Part shown: piece by piece, positions 13,887 through 27,239 of the stretch
Numbering within the stretch: the first letter of the stretch is position 1
How the letters are laid out: each line of letters begins with the position of its first letter
Source: Octopus bimaculoides
Lineage: Eukaryota
Assembly (NCBI RefSeq): GCF_001194135.2
Contig: NC_068989.1
Span: 19,388,468-19,452,467 of the forward strand
DNA: 64,000 nt
Reading direction: 5' to 3'
Made by a program: the position numbers and the translations under genes
The notes under the pieces: model-generated
The model's database searches: none
The model's input: the letters and a program-made list of their open reading frames with translations, nothing else
What the model was told of the DNA's origin: nothing

Positions 13887-14273
13887 AGGCGCAGGAGTGG
13901 CTGTGTGGTAAGTAGCTTGCTTACCAACCACATGGTCCTGGGTTCAGTCCCACTGCGTGGCACCTTGGGCAAGTGTCTTCTAATATAGCCTCGGGCTGAC
14001 CAAAGCCTTGTGAGTGGATTTGGTAGACGGAAACTGAAAGAAGCCCGTCGTGTATATGTATATATATGTGTGTGTGCGTGTGTTTGCCCCCCCACCATCG
14101 CTTGACAACCGATGCTGGTGTGTTTACGTCCCCGTAACTTAGCGGTTCGGCAAAAAGAGACCCATAGAATAAGTACTAGGCTTACAAAGAAGAAGTCCTG
14201 GGGTTGATTTTCTCGACTAAAGGCGGTGCTCCAGCATGGCCGCAGTCAAATGACTGAAACAAGTAAAGAGTAA
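13887..14273 (+). mobile_element. Bipartite SINE family A (tRNA-like head, (TA/TG)n spacer, tail), representative copy
   Basis: Head gcaggagtggctgtgtggtaagtagcttgc..ggttcagtccc; tail ..cagcatggccgcagtcaaatgactgaaacaagtaaa. Other copies at about 2130-2507(-), 3925-4330(-), 5335-5690(+), 12860-13210(-), 13580-13870(+), 23330-23665(+), 29150-29480(-), 31170-31500(+), 35215-35415(+), 36970-37355(+), 37615-37925(-), 59655-60300(-) and 60290-60610(+). Confidence 0.88.
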
Positions 14274-14437
14274 GGCTTTAAGTACAGGGGTTGATTCATT
14301 CAACTAAAATTCTTCAAGATTGTACCCCAACATGGTCACAGTCTAATGACTGAAACAAGTAAAAGATAAAAGATATTTCAAACTCTCATAAAACAAAGTA
14401 CTCAATAGCTTTTTACTTGTTTAACTTTAATTCTTAT

Positions 14438-14795
14438 TTATTACCTCTGCCTTCACTAAGGCAGAGGTGTTGTTTTCAGTCAAGTTTGTTTGTTCATGGA
14501 CAAGATATCTCAAGAACCACTGGATGAAACTTTCAGGGATGTTTGGCCCCAATGACTGGCATGAACTGATTAGATTTTGGGATCAATCCAGTACTGGATA
14601 AGGATTCTGGATTATATTTTTCAGGTTTTTTTACTTCATTTTTTAGAGCAGTCGCGTTTGTTTTTAGTATTCTCATTTATAAGAGCAGTCAAGTTTATTT
14701 CAGATATTCTTATTTTAAAAATCATCTCTGGCTAATCGTTGAGAGGATGTTGGTGTTGGCTTGGCAGAGGTTTGCGCTCTCTGAGTGCTCTTGTT
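14438..14795 (+). mobile_element. Helentron-associated non-autonomous element (HINE/DINE-like)
   Basis: 5' ttacctctgcc..ggcagaggt hairpin, gtttgtttgt tract and 3' cttggcagaggtttgcgctctctgagtgct. Colinear with 47217-47586. Confidence 0.7.
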
Positions 14796-14847
14796 TGTTT
14801 TGTTTTAAAATTTCCAAGTAAAGTGTGCCAGTAATTTATCTCTTTAA

Positions 14848-15123
14848 CCCTTTAGCATTCAGATTACTCCGTCAAATGTAATACCTATTTATTCACATTG
14901 TTTTGTACTACTCATGTATTGTCTCATAACTTTGAAATTTCAATGATGTTATTATTAATTTTTAGAATGCCATTGTAGAGTGTTATTTTGTTGTTTCGAT
15001 ATTTTGATGATGTGATTGTTTATTTTTAGAATGATAAAATAGAGTGAGGCCAGATCTAGCCAGTTTGAACATAAAACATGTAGACTTATTTGGCTGGATA
15101 TGGCTGGTTTAAATGCTAAATGA
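14848..15123 (-). mobile_element. piggyBac-type MITE, same family as 3560-3779
   Basis: TTAA at 14844-47 and 15124-27 with ccctttagcatt/aatgctaaatga termini. The interior is the reverse complement of 3560-3779. Confidence 0.7.
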
Positions 15124-15144
15124 TTAATCTCTAATCTGCTATGA

Positions 15145-15527
15145 GTGGAGGTGCAATGGCCCAGTGGTTAGGGCAGCGGACTCGCAGTCATAGGATCGCG
15201 GTTTCGATTCCCAGACCAGGTGTTGTGAGTGTTTATTGAGTGAAAACACCTAAAAGCTCCAGGAGGCTCTGGCAGGGGATGGTGGCGAACCCTGCTGTGC
15301 TCTTCCACCACAACTTTCTCTCACTCTTACTTCCTGTTTCTGTTGTGTCTGTAATTCAAAGGGTCAGCCTTGTCACTTTGTGTCACGCTGAATATCCCCG
15401 AGAATTACATTAAGGGTACATGCATCTGTGGAGTGCTAAGCCACTTGCACGTTAATTTCACGAGCAGGCTGTTCCATTGATCAGATCAACTGGAACCCTC
15501 GAAGTCGTAAGCGACGGAATGCCAGCA
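15145..15527 (+). mobile_element. tRNA-derived SINE (family B), full length with 12-bp TSD
   Basis: A-box (tggcccagtgg) and B-box (ggtttcgattccc) head. TSD aatctgctatga at 15133-15144 and 15528-15539. Confidence 0.9.
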
Positions 15528-18455
15528 AATCTGCTATGAATTCTTAAAGAATGAGAAATTTCATAGTAGAGTATCATTTGAGGTAAGACGTGCCTGTTAT
15601 TGCCACCTGGTTACACAACAAAACAGAGGCTCCTTTTTATCCATTCCCTAAACTTGTCCATCAAACCTGCCCATCTCACTCAATATGCTAATTCAAGGTG
15701 ATGTTGCAAAAATCATGATCTATCTTTGATAAAATATTTCTATAAAATACTTTCACTTGTTCTTCAAAAATGATACAATTGACAAGATTATAAGTGAAAG
15801 GAAAACTAAAACAGTAAATATATAGAGTTAAGTATAAACTCTCTTTCTCCCTCACTCTTATACTACACAAAGTGTTGTCTTTCATATTCCATGTATAACA
15901 CTTTGAGCATGCTTGTGTTTAAGAAAATGAGTATGAATATTTTGTAGAGCTATTTGTATGAAAAAATTGTCTAAAGAAATTTGTGAATATTTGTGTGTAA
16001 ATATCTGAATTTGTGTGCATGTATGCATTTTTGTGTGTGTGTGTATATACATATTCACTGAAGGACCAAAAGCTAGGATTATCTTTGTTGCTGTTTTCTT
16101 TCACCACCATCATCATCATGACTACTACCACCATCATGACTACTCTCCCCTTCTTATTTCCCATTGATCTATTGTCAGTAACTAATGAGATTAGCATAGT
16201 TCCTATTCTATTGCCTGTTTGTTAAACAGTGTATAATTAATCTGGAGAGACCTTTTCACTAGCAACACCCACCTGTGGCACCAATGTATGTTTGTAAGTA
16301 TGTATATATGTGAGTGTGTGTTTGTAGAATGTGTGTGTGACTGAAGGTACATTGTATATGTGTACATTTCACAATCTAATTTAATGCAACAGATTAGGGC
16401 AGCAATATTGTCCCCTAGAAAAGCTGTACAATCGTAGAAACAACAGAGACATGGACTAAATGACTTGCAGTATTTTAGGATCTAATCTTCTTCATTTGCA
16501 AAATGAGCCCCTCTTTAATTTTGCTCAGATTGCTTTCAATTTTGGTGTATCAATGCAACTCTGAATTTTGATTATGATCAACCAATTACTTTATCTCATA
16601 AATTAAAGAATCTGATGTTATTTGGAATTAAAGTTGGGAAATTTGGGTAACTTTAGCCAATCAACATACAGCGAGGCATTAACAACTTGTTACCATGACA
16701 ACCGCACATTATGTTGTGTTCATTCTTCACGCTACAAGATTTACTTCACCCATGTGTTTTGTTTAATAAAAATTTATATTTATCAATTAGAATTTTATCA
16801 CAGATATTTTTCGGCAATTGTCTTAATATTTTATGTATTTTTCATATATAGCAAAAGTTATTTGCAATGTTTATTCAGTTTCCTAGCATTATGAAGGTGA
16901 ATGGAATATGTGAACTTAGTACAGATAATTCGACATTCTTTTTGAATTCTGCATGCAAAAACATATAAGATGCAGATATTCTTTTTCGTGGGACAAATTC
17001 TTTGTTGACCAGTGTTATTCTTATCATAGTTTACAAATCCAAGTATGAAAACATTACTCAACTTCGAAGTTTTGGAGACAAATGCTCTCTTTTCGCACAC
17101 ACACACACATCCACTTATATATTAATGATGTACACAAATACATGACAGGTAATCATAATATTGAAATATGCATAAAGTAAACACATGCAGACAAATATAT
17201 TAATTATTACAAATTAAAAATAATAATAATAACATACAATCAATGTAAAGACAAAAGAAACAGTAAGATGATACATGTTGATTTTATTAGGTATTTCTGT
17301 TTATTTAGAAACTTACAATGAAGAGACGCTAAACTATAAATTACACAGGGTACAACCTAAAGTTGACATCACTTCACTAAATGCAGAAAATTTCTGTCTC
17401 GCTATTGGCTATAAATACACAGCTTTTTCAATTTTTAAACCTCTGTAACTTTTTCCCACAATTTTTTTCTCCACAATATCATACCTTCCTAGCAATTAGA
17501 TTGGAAAACTTTATTATTATGGCCGATTTTCAGATTTTTCACTGACTTTTAAAAAATGCATATTTTGCGAATGAAAAGAAAAAAACTAGATCCGTATTTT
17601 AGTTAGGCNNNNNNNNNNNNNNNNNNNNNNNNNNNNNNNNNNNNNNNNNNNNNNNNNNNNNNNNNNNNNNNNNNNNNNNNNNNNNNNNNNNNNNNNNNNN
17701 NNNNNNNNNNNNNNNNNNNNNNNNNNNNNCTAAAACAAATCACTCTAATGAACCAGTGGCATGAACTTTGATTAATTCAGGCAGTTGGTGATGTGCGCAA
17801 TATATATATAGATATATACACTATTGGTATACATGCAATTTTAAACACACTATATATTTTCACACACACACACACACACCACCTCTGCACCCCAGACACT
17901 CCTTACTCTCATCCTATAGAACATTCTTTTCACCTGCCTCTCTTGTCCTCCCACCCCTCTCTGCCATCTATCAACACAAAACCCCTCACTCGCTCTACCT
18001 ACACCACTGAGTGTGTATGTCCCATCTGTCTGTGTGTACCCAACACAGCTCTATAATTACCCAAAACTTTTGTTGTCCAACCCCAAACACTGCTACTGCT
18101 CCATCTCTTGCTCCCTTTTTTTCTACCCAACCTAGACCCACCTACTGCTATGATGCTACCCTACACTCTCTTACAAGACATGCCTCCCCTCCAACAACAA
18201 CAGAAAGTGCTGCACTAGCTAAAATACCCAACACCACCACATACCCATCCTTCCGACTCAGACATAACCCACCTTTCATTAATGGCAGGTGGCAGTGAGA
18301 GATGCTGTTCAAAGAGACCTGTCCCCTATCCATTTATTTTTTCCCTTTTTTCTTTCAGAGCAAAAAAAGGGATAGGAGACAAGTTTCTTAGGCCTACCTA
18401 CATTGTTCAGCCTACCTCTCCCCTTCACATCATTACTCTTAGATAATTCTCAAAA

Positions 18456-18504
<49 letters not shown>

Positions 18505-18633
18505 ACACACATGTATACATCATCATACATATTACATATGTACATCTATATATTCATAGATATTCAAACACCAGATTGTTTTAATTCACTCCAGAATTTG
18601 TGATAATTGTGATTATATATATATATATACATA

Positions 18634-19700
18634 CAGGGGTGCAGTGAATAAATTGTCATCTAAATTACACAAAAATTAAAATGCTGACATCTCATTTTAA
18701 CATATATATTTACCAAAATTACATAAGAATATCTTGATATACTAAAGAGTAAATTCATTCAATAAAATTGTCATTGGCTTCAACCACGGCCTCCAAATGA
18801 CTTCAGAATCTCCTGCAATTCTTCTGGCTGGTCTCCTTGTTTAAGTCGGTGAATGCTGCCATAATCCTTGCCTTCAGTTCATCTTTGGTGTTACAAGGAG
18901 TTTTGTTGGTCTCTTGCTCAACTCCACCCCACACATAATAATCAAGGGGGTTGCAGTCTGGGGAGTTAAGTGGCCAGATGTTAAGGGTGGTGCGGTCACA
19001 GAAATTGTCTGACAGCCATAACTGGGTTCTCCTGTTTGTGTGGCATGGTGCAGAGTCCTGTTGCCAGACATAGGGTCTTCCAGCAACCACCCACTTGACC
19101 TAGGGCAGCACTACCTCCTCTAGGCACTTGATGCAGGCATCCATGTTGAGTCTGAGGCCGTGTGGGAAGATGAACGGAGGCATAACAATGCCCTCACAAG
19201 TGATCACTCCAAACACCATGATGTTGACTGGATGTTTGAGTTTTATCACTCTCGGTACATGTTTTGGGGACATGGCAAACCAATGGTTGTTTTGTGTGTT
19301 GACCACATGATCCTGGCAGAAATTTTTCTTATCTGAGAAAAACCAAAGTATGTTCAATTGGAGGGGATGCTTGATTTTGTTCAAAAGCTTCGTAGCACAG
19401 TCTTTCCTCTTGTCCTTCGTGGCTTGGAATAAAAACTGGACCTTTCTCATCTTGTATGAGGAATACTGCATGCCTTCATGCACAACCTGCCTGATAAGAA
19501 ACTCATAGACTCCCATGTCCCTGGCGATGGACCTGATTGACTTGTAAGAATCGTTCTCAATTATGGCCTGGATCTCACCAATTGAGGAGTTTTTTTCTTG
19601 TCAGGATGATCAGAACGAGTTTTCCAAGCTGTCATACCTTCACAATCACCATTAGACTCCTCCAACACTTTCGAAATCCTCTGCACTGTCCTCAGATTGA
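18634..19700 (-). mobile_element. maT (DD37D) Tc1/mariner-superfamily transposon, 5'-truncated and defective
   Basis: TA|caggggtg terminus at 18632-18641. Minus-strand WFFSDKKNF...MVFGVITCEG...WQQDSAPCH...WPLNSPDCNPLDYYVW, with 37 residues between the second and third Asp. The right boundary is approximate. Confidence 0.88.
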
Positions 19701-21789
19701 CATTCATCTATTCAATTGTCAAAGGCAGAGCATGTGACATACATGACAATTCATATTTTCAGGTCTTCAGTATGCTATGTGTTAAACACACAAAAACAAT
19801 GAAAGACATTATTCTTCAACATGTGACATTCTTTCAGGGTATGGCAAATCCATTATATCCATTAGTGATGAATTTCTAAATACCAATTGGTATTTAGAAA
19901 TTCATCACTAATTGTCAATGAAAGTATCTGCAAGAATTCACCAATTCTAATCTTCTGTTCAAAATTGCAAAAGACAAAGATCAACTTTTTCTCACTCTTT
20001 CCTCCTGTATCTAAAGCTCACTTTTGCCAGATTGGCATCCCATCCAGGTGGGGAACCTATACGCCATGAGCCAGGCATGGCTCGAGAAGGAACAAACAAA
20101 CAACAACAATATATAGATGCCATGCATATTTAACAAAATTATGAATATGGACTAAAAAATCCATTTGCATATAAATTAGACTGTTTATCACTATTTTGCA
20201 CAAAACTAGCAACCTCACATGGAAGCCTAGGGCTGCTGTAAATCCTGGTTGGGAAATGCTGCTGAAGAACATTAAGTATGGATTTTCCAAAGCTTGGATT
20301 ACATTCTTAAACATTTATGATGGTTGTGGTTGAGGTGCACCTCTTTGCTGGACCTTTACACTAAGGACGTCAATGATGTGTGAAAGCAGGACCAATGAGA
20401 GGATGGTTCAGCCGGTACATCTGTTTAGGACCCAGAGACCCAAGGAGGGACCCGTGCAAGTGTGACAGGCTACTTCCTTGCCTCCAGAATGCGAAAACAG
20501 TTTTGTTTTGCATTGCAAAGTTTCTTTCCAAAACCTTGTTATCATGGTTGGAGTACATTCGTAAAGAAATTGAGCGAAATGTTCAGGAGGAGAGTTAGGA
20601 TTAGAAGGGAAGGGTACGTAGAGTCTTGCGTGTGGATGGCATACATAATTGTAAGAGACTTGTGTAGCCGCAGGTCAACCTTGACCAACTAGGTCGAGGA
20701 TCAATAATTTCCATTCCATCCATTATTCATCATACTAAAAAAAAAGATGATTGGATGGGATTGAGGGAAATATTTTGGTTGCTATTTCTAGCAGGTTGAG
20801 CTACCGACCATATACTGGGTTCCGCGTCGAAACTGAGTTAAGGTAATACACCAAGTCCAAACGTGTCATGAGGGGAACTACAACGTAGTTGCTCGACTTG
20901 CTAAAGATGGCAACAAAATATCCCTCAAATAGCATCCTAGCATCTTAACAAAAGAGGACACATTGGACAATGTGATCGGAAAAAGAAAAACAAAAAGACG
21001 AGATGGTCACGGCAAAAAGAAAGACATGTACCAAAATGTGTGTGACAGGCAGAACGTGTGTGTGTGACAGACAAAATGTTCAAATATGGCAAAGACTGCA
21101 TCTCAAAGACTGGCCTTTCTCGCGTTAAGTTAGGGTTTCAATATTTACAGTCGTAAAATACACACAAACACAGACGCACATACCGTGGTCAGAATAAAAA
21201 GAGGATGTATATAATGTGTGTGTGTGTGTGTGTGCATGAGAGAGATACAGACAGACAGACAGACAGAGCGAAATAAGTAAGGAGGATCATATAGACACAC
21301 ACACACACACACAAAGATAGTAAATAAAAGATTAGTGAGATTATAGACTGACTATAACGAAATTCCGATTGGAGAAGTTTAATTTCGTTAAAGTATTAAA
21401 TAGAAATGTGTGTGTGTGTGTGTGATGGGCAAACGGGAAGAGGAGGGGAGGAGGTATCAGACAAAGAAACATTCTATCTTAAGTCTGGTGTCTTAGTGTG
21501 TGAGAGAGTTAGTCTTTAAGGGAGGAGAGTGAATCGAATTTGTTAAAGTGGAACAAGTCTGGAATAAATAAATACATTGATAGTAAAATATGTTTATAAG
21601 ACGCCTCTTAAGTCAGTCCTGTTTAGTCGATAAGGCAAAGAAGTCGTCACAGAGGAAAAGGTCAGGTATTCTAAGCAACTTCTACAAGAATGTGTGTGTG
21701 TGTGTGTGTGTGTGAGCTTATATACAAGTCTAAAAGTATATGTAAGGAAAAGTCTGAAAATAGCAGTCTAATAAACACGGTTCTAAAAG

Positions 21790-21822
<33 letters not shown>

Positions 21823-24300
21823 CACATGACCTCTGCTGGAGTGGTGTCCCTTCAACACCAAAAAGGATGCAATCACTACACGTATCAAAAGAAGAAGAAA
21901 AAAACACTGTCCCACTTCCATCACGTAAACATAAACACCATAGAACTAGAAACCCTCACGATCTCCTCAAATCCTCTTCCTCGCATTCACTAAGGACCGC
22001 TTCGAGTAAACGCGTCTCTTCGAATATAGCAAACACTGCGTCTCAAAGACTGGCCTCTTTCTCTTCAGAATCAGAAAATATTTCAGTCCTCCAACATTAC
22101 TAACCCTCTAGAAAACTCACATGAGCTCCACTGTAGTTTAATCCTCCAAAGAGCAGCACTGGTTACACACACACACGTTTCTCGTTTTAGCTTCTGACCC
22201 AGTGATGTGCTGTTTCCAATCTCTGTCTTTCCTACTGCTATTCAATAACCTCTGCTCCTCAGACACTCCTAATTCAACCTGTATTTCGTTCTTCTCATCA
22301 TCCCATCATTCGTGTTGCCTCTACTATACTTCATGTCAGAGCTCACACTTGGTCCAGGTCTTTGCTCTCCAGAACGTTGGTCTTCTCTAATTCCTTCTTA
22401 CGTGGTGAGAAAAAAATCATTTCGGATTTCCTGTGTTGTATTTGAGACATAGTTTCTCGGCTTCCATTTTTCTTGCCTAGATAATACCCTTTCCAGCCTT
22501 ACACGCCACAGCCGAAAATGGATATTGACCCTCACCTATAAACCTACCTGCAATAAGAACTACACTCACACTAACAAATGGCACCCTGTGGAACTATACA
22601 GCTAATTCAAAAGACGATATAACCAACATTTTGACTCCTTTAGGCCCAGGGCCAGAGTAGACTCCACTTTTCCAGTCCTGTTTGATTGAAACCTTAGAGA
22701 CAAATAACACGATTACTCCACTTGGAGCATTGTTCGTAGATCTCCTCCATACTCCCAACATACACATACGTATTTATAGGCTCTGCCTGTTAGAAAGACT
22801 GCATGCGCTGAAACCCAGGGTGATCATTTACTGTTGAGCTTTTTTTTTCTTTTTGTCATGGGTCAGTTCAATGAACTCACTCGGGGAAATAATACCAGGG
22901 AAAATCAAGGCGTGTACTCCTTTCGTTAATCTCGAGCAAGTTCCTTTCCTTATACCCTAATGATGAATCCACTGTCTTTTATGTAACTGTCTCCAACAAT
23001 TTGTACTCCATAACCTGACACACCGAATAGAAATCACCTTTTAAGTCGAATGCGGCTCGGGTTTCACTCACCGTAAACATCTCATCGATTTGAATAACAA
23101 TTTCACACGTGTTACGAAATTAATCTGGATGTTGGGCGAGACAACCCCGAGCCCTTAAAAGAACGGCATGAATATCAAACATTAGTATTCCTGATTCGTT
23201 TCATAGTGCTCACTGCCTTAAGTATTTTAACACTGAACATATATAGTTAAGTGCGGTCATTATGCCCAATGTGGAGAGTCAGAGATAATGTTTAACCAAT
23301 CGAAATTATAATTTCAATGTGAAGGAGACATGGCCGTGTAGTTAGGAAACTCTCTTTGCAACAACTTGGTTTCGGATTCAATCCCACTGCACAGTAACTT
23401 GTTAGGTGTCTTCTACTATAGCCCCAGGTTGAGCAATACCATGAGTGAATTTGATGGACGGAAATTTGCGTGGAAACCCGTCGCATGTGTGTGTGTGTGT
23501 GTGAGTCAATGTTGTTTATGCCCCCGTAATGTAAAGGTTCGGCATAAGGGACAGATAGAATAAGTACAAGACTTAAAAATAAGTACTGGGTCCTATTCAT
23601 TCGGCTAAAAATTCTTCAAGATGGTGCCCCAGCATGGTCGCAGTCTAATGACTGAAACAAGTAAAACATAATCAAAAAGTGAAAAAGAGGAGAAGTGAAC
23701 CTCTGTTCTTTGTGAATTTTCTTCGCACCAAAACTACAAAATCTGTAATTTAATATGCGATCAGATAGCCATGTTTTTGACTGAGGAGGTTCAATAAGAC
23801 TCAAACATGTTTAGACACGTCACTGTCACGACAACTGCTAAAGATCAGACACTCTCTCCTGTGTAAGTTGATTTAATTTTTTGGTCATTTCGGCTCCTCA
23901 TAACAACCGCAATGACCTGCNNNNNNNNNNNNNNNNNNNNNNNNNNNNNNNNNNNNNNNNNNNNNNNNNNNNNNNNNNNNNNNNNNNNNNNNNNNNNNNN
24001 NNNNNNNNNNNNNNNNNNNNNNNNNNNNNNNNNNNNNNNNNNNNNNNNNNNNNNNNNNNNNNNNNNNNNNNNNNNNNNNNNNNNNNNNACCCCGATCCGT
24101 ATTTTTAAGCCTGGTCCTTATTCTATCGGTCTCTTATTGCCGCAAAACAACACCAGTTGTCAATCGGGGGTGGATAACAAGCACAGATACACACACACAC
24201 ACACACACACTTCCATCTATCTACCTCCCTCCCTCTCTCTCTCTCTCTCTCTCTCTGACTGAAACAATTAAAAGAATATTTTTATATATAGATATACATA

Positions 24301-24905
24301 CAGGGTGCGATGAATGAACTGTCGTCTATATTACGCAAAAATTAAAATAACACTGACGTCTCATTTTAACATAATATATTTACCAAAATTACATAAAATA
24401 TCTTGAAATACTAAAGGGTAAATTTATTCAATAAAATCGCCATTGGCTTCAATCAGACGACTTCGGAATCCCCTGCAACTCTTCTGGACGGTTTCCATGT
24501 TTAAAGTTCGTGAATGCTGCCACAATCATTGCCTTCAGTTCATCTTTGGTGTTACAAGGAGTTTTGTTGGTCTCTCCCTCAACTGCATCCCACACATAAT
24601 AATCAGGGGAGCTGCAGTCTGGAGAGTTATGTGGCCAGATGTTAGGGGTGATGTGGTCGCAGAAATTGTCTGACAGCCACGACTGGGTTCACCTGCATGT
24701 GTGTAGAGTCCTGTTGCCAGACATAAGGTCTTCCAGCAGCCACCCTCTTGACCCAGGGCAGCACTCCCTCCTCCAGACACTTGATGTAGACCTCCATGTT
24801 TAGTCTGAGGCCATGTGGGAAGATGAATGGAGGCATAACGTCGCCATCACTAGTGATCACTCCAAACACCATGATGTTGACTGGATGTTTGATTTTTATC
24901 ACTCT
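24301..24905 (-). mobile_element. Second maT (DD37D) copy, 3' half only
   Basis: TA|cagggtgcg terminus, colinear with 18634-19250. Encodes KHPVNIMVFGVITSDGDVMPPFIFPHGLRLN...WQQDS. Confidence 0.88.
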
Positions 24906-27239
24906 CTGAAATGTTTGTATTGGAGCTTCCGGTGCGACTGCCAAGCAGTACAGCATGTCTTTTCCAAATTTCTGACCGAAGTAATTGCGTCATGGTGCTG
25001 TTTTTCTCACAGACGGTGCCTAACTGACCCTANNNNNNNNNNNNNNNNNNNNNNNNNNNNNNNNNNNNNNNNNNNNNNNNNNNNNNNNNNNNNNNNNNNN
25101 NNNNNNNNNNNNNNNNNNNNNNNNNNNNNNNNCCCCCCCCTCGAATATATATATATATAATCGATCATTCAACAATTTATCTTTGGACCCCTTTGATTAC
25201 TATTTTATTCTGGTGGACCCCCATAGTTTTATAGAATGTTATTTATTAATATTTTCATACATTAATTTGTGTAGGTTGAATGAACTATGTAAAAGGTTAG
25301 AAAAAGAAACCTAGATGTTTCTTGTAATACATACCAATACTTACGTCTAAAGCAAAATTTTTTCAGGGGTCCTTAAATTACTATTGTGGTTCTCCATTGT
25401 ACTATTTTGTTGTGCGGACCCCAAAAAATCTTATGTAGGATAGAGCAGTAATGTATTTATATGTCCGATCACTGAGTGACCAATGGTTTCGCATTCGTAG
25501 TGTTTAGCTTTGTAGACGAGTTGTCAGATTCTCTGTCTGTCTCTCTGTCTCTCTCTGTATATATATGAGAGAGCGAGCGAGAGAAAGAGAGAGAGTACCA
25601 AACGCGAAACTCGGACCATTAACGATGTGTACCTACGCCTACATGCACGCACGCACATACACGTAAAGTTTGTGCATACAAAGGAAAAGAAGTACTCAAT
25701 ACCAAAAAGTAGAGTGCTTGAAGCTTCGCAATTCCTTATTCCAAATTTCATAACCGAACATTGGCTTTGTTAAATTTGGAATATATATAATGGAATATTT
25801 TAATTTTGGTCGTGTCGAGTTTTGCCTATGGACACGCAGGTTCTTCAAGCAAGCTACGACAAGTGGTAACTTGCTTGAAGATTCTGTGTGCCCACAGGCG
25901 AAATCCAGGGTAGTAACAGACTGGCTCTACCAAATAAAAATATTATTAATCTCTACTAGCGCACTGAGTTCTCTTTCTTCCGGCAGTCAATTATTTATAG
26001 CTTTATCTGCTTCGAGATTCACCATTCCAAAAATGAATTATCACACTTTCTTTCGAAGTTTATAAATTCTTATGTCAACTATGTGTGTGTGTGTGTGTGT
26101 AACGTGCAATATGACGGAATGGAATAGTTAAGGGAGTTTGCTTTGGTACCAAAAGGCCCAGATCCGCTCCCGGTACGTGACATATTAGCAAACATTTACT
26201 ATAGACCCGCATCAATCCATCCATACTTGCGAGTGAAATTAGGTGGGCGAAAAGTGCATGGCAGCCCGTCGGGTGTAACGAAAAACAAAACGAAACAAAA
26301 AGAACGTCTGTGTCCCAAATCATAAATTCCATAATCAAAAAAATGTATAGTGCACCCTATCTGCCGTGGGGCGGTGACAAAAACAATTATAAATAAAACT
26401 TGGCTGGTCATCGACCGAGTGAGACCATGTTTTTTTTTTTTGTGAACGTTTACTAAGCATCGTGTAGTTGCATTCACGTGACTCTGATACTCGTATACAC
26501 GTGTTTATGTGTGTGTGTGTGAGTGTACATATGTTCGTTCTGCGTGTTTAATGGATCACTAAACTCACATATTAGACTTCATTGATTGAATTACTGCGGC
26601 AACGTGGTGTATTTCTTTTTATTTTTTTCACACAAATAGAGCAAATCTCTTTCTAGGTTATTTGGTTATATAAACTTATTGAACTAACAACACTTATAAA
26701 TGTACTATTGGATTTGCTAGAAAGCGCAGCGAACAGTAAGGTTTGTTGTATACGGGTTGTGACAAGAAACAATCAACGAAAATCGATCCATTTTATGGTT
26801 ATTTACCTGAAACTCTCAACTTCTGTTGTAAATGAGGGGATTTGAGTTTTCCACCAAACTATATACTATACCAAAAGGCAGTGTTTCTCGTGGAAACGGG
26901 TAGAAGGTACCCCAGGGAAGATCTATGAGAATTGAAAAAGGGGACGAATATGCCAGGTTCATTAAAATTACGGTGGTTTCCATGGTGCACTTAGAATTAT
27001 ATGGATGCAATATATATTTCCTTGCTTTGTCATCTAATTAATGAAGGATGGGAGAGAAGTGCAAAAAATTTGACTACTATAAAGTGGATGGTGATGCTAG
27101 TATTTATCAGTATGAGGACCAACGCCATAAAGTACCTGAACTGGATGTGCTTAGTCCATATGGAGTAGAAACCAACGACGACTTTTCTCTTATGTTCTCG
27201 CCTCTCTACTTCTTTCCAGTTGGGCCCTTGTTTTTTTTC

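Noticed and set aside
15145-15230. tRNA gene
   Set aside because: It is the tRNA-derived head of a SINE with body, second copy and TSD; no complete cloverleaf.
20380-20692. Overlapping short ORFs as a gene
   Set aside because: No recognisable motif or splice structure; possibly a LINE relic, but I cannot support a call.
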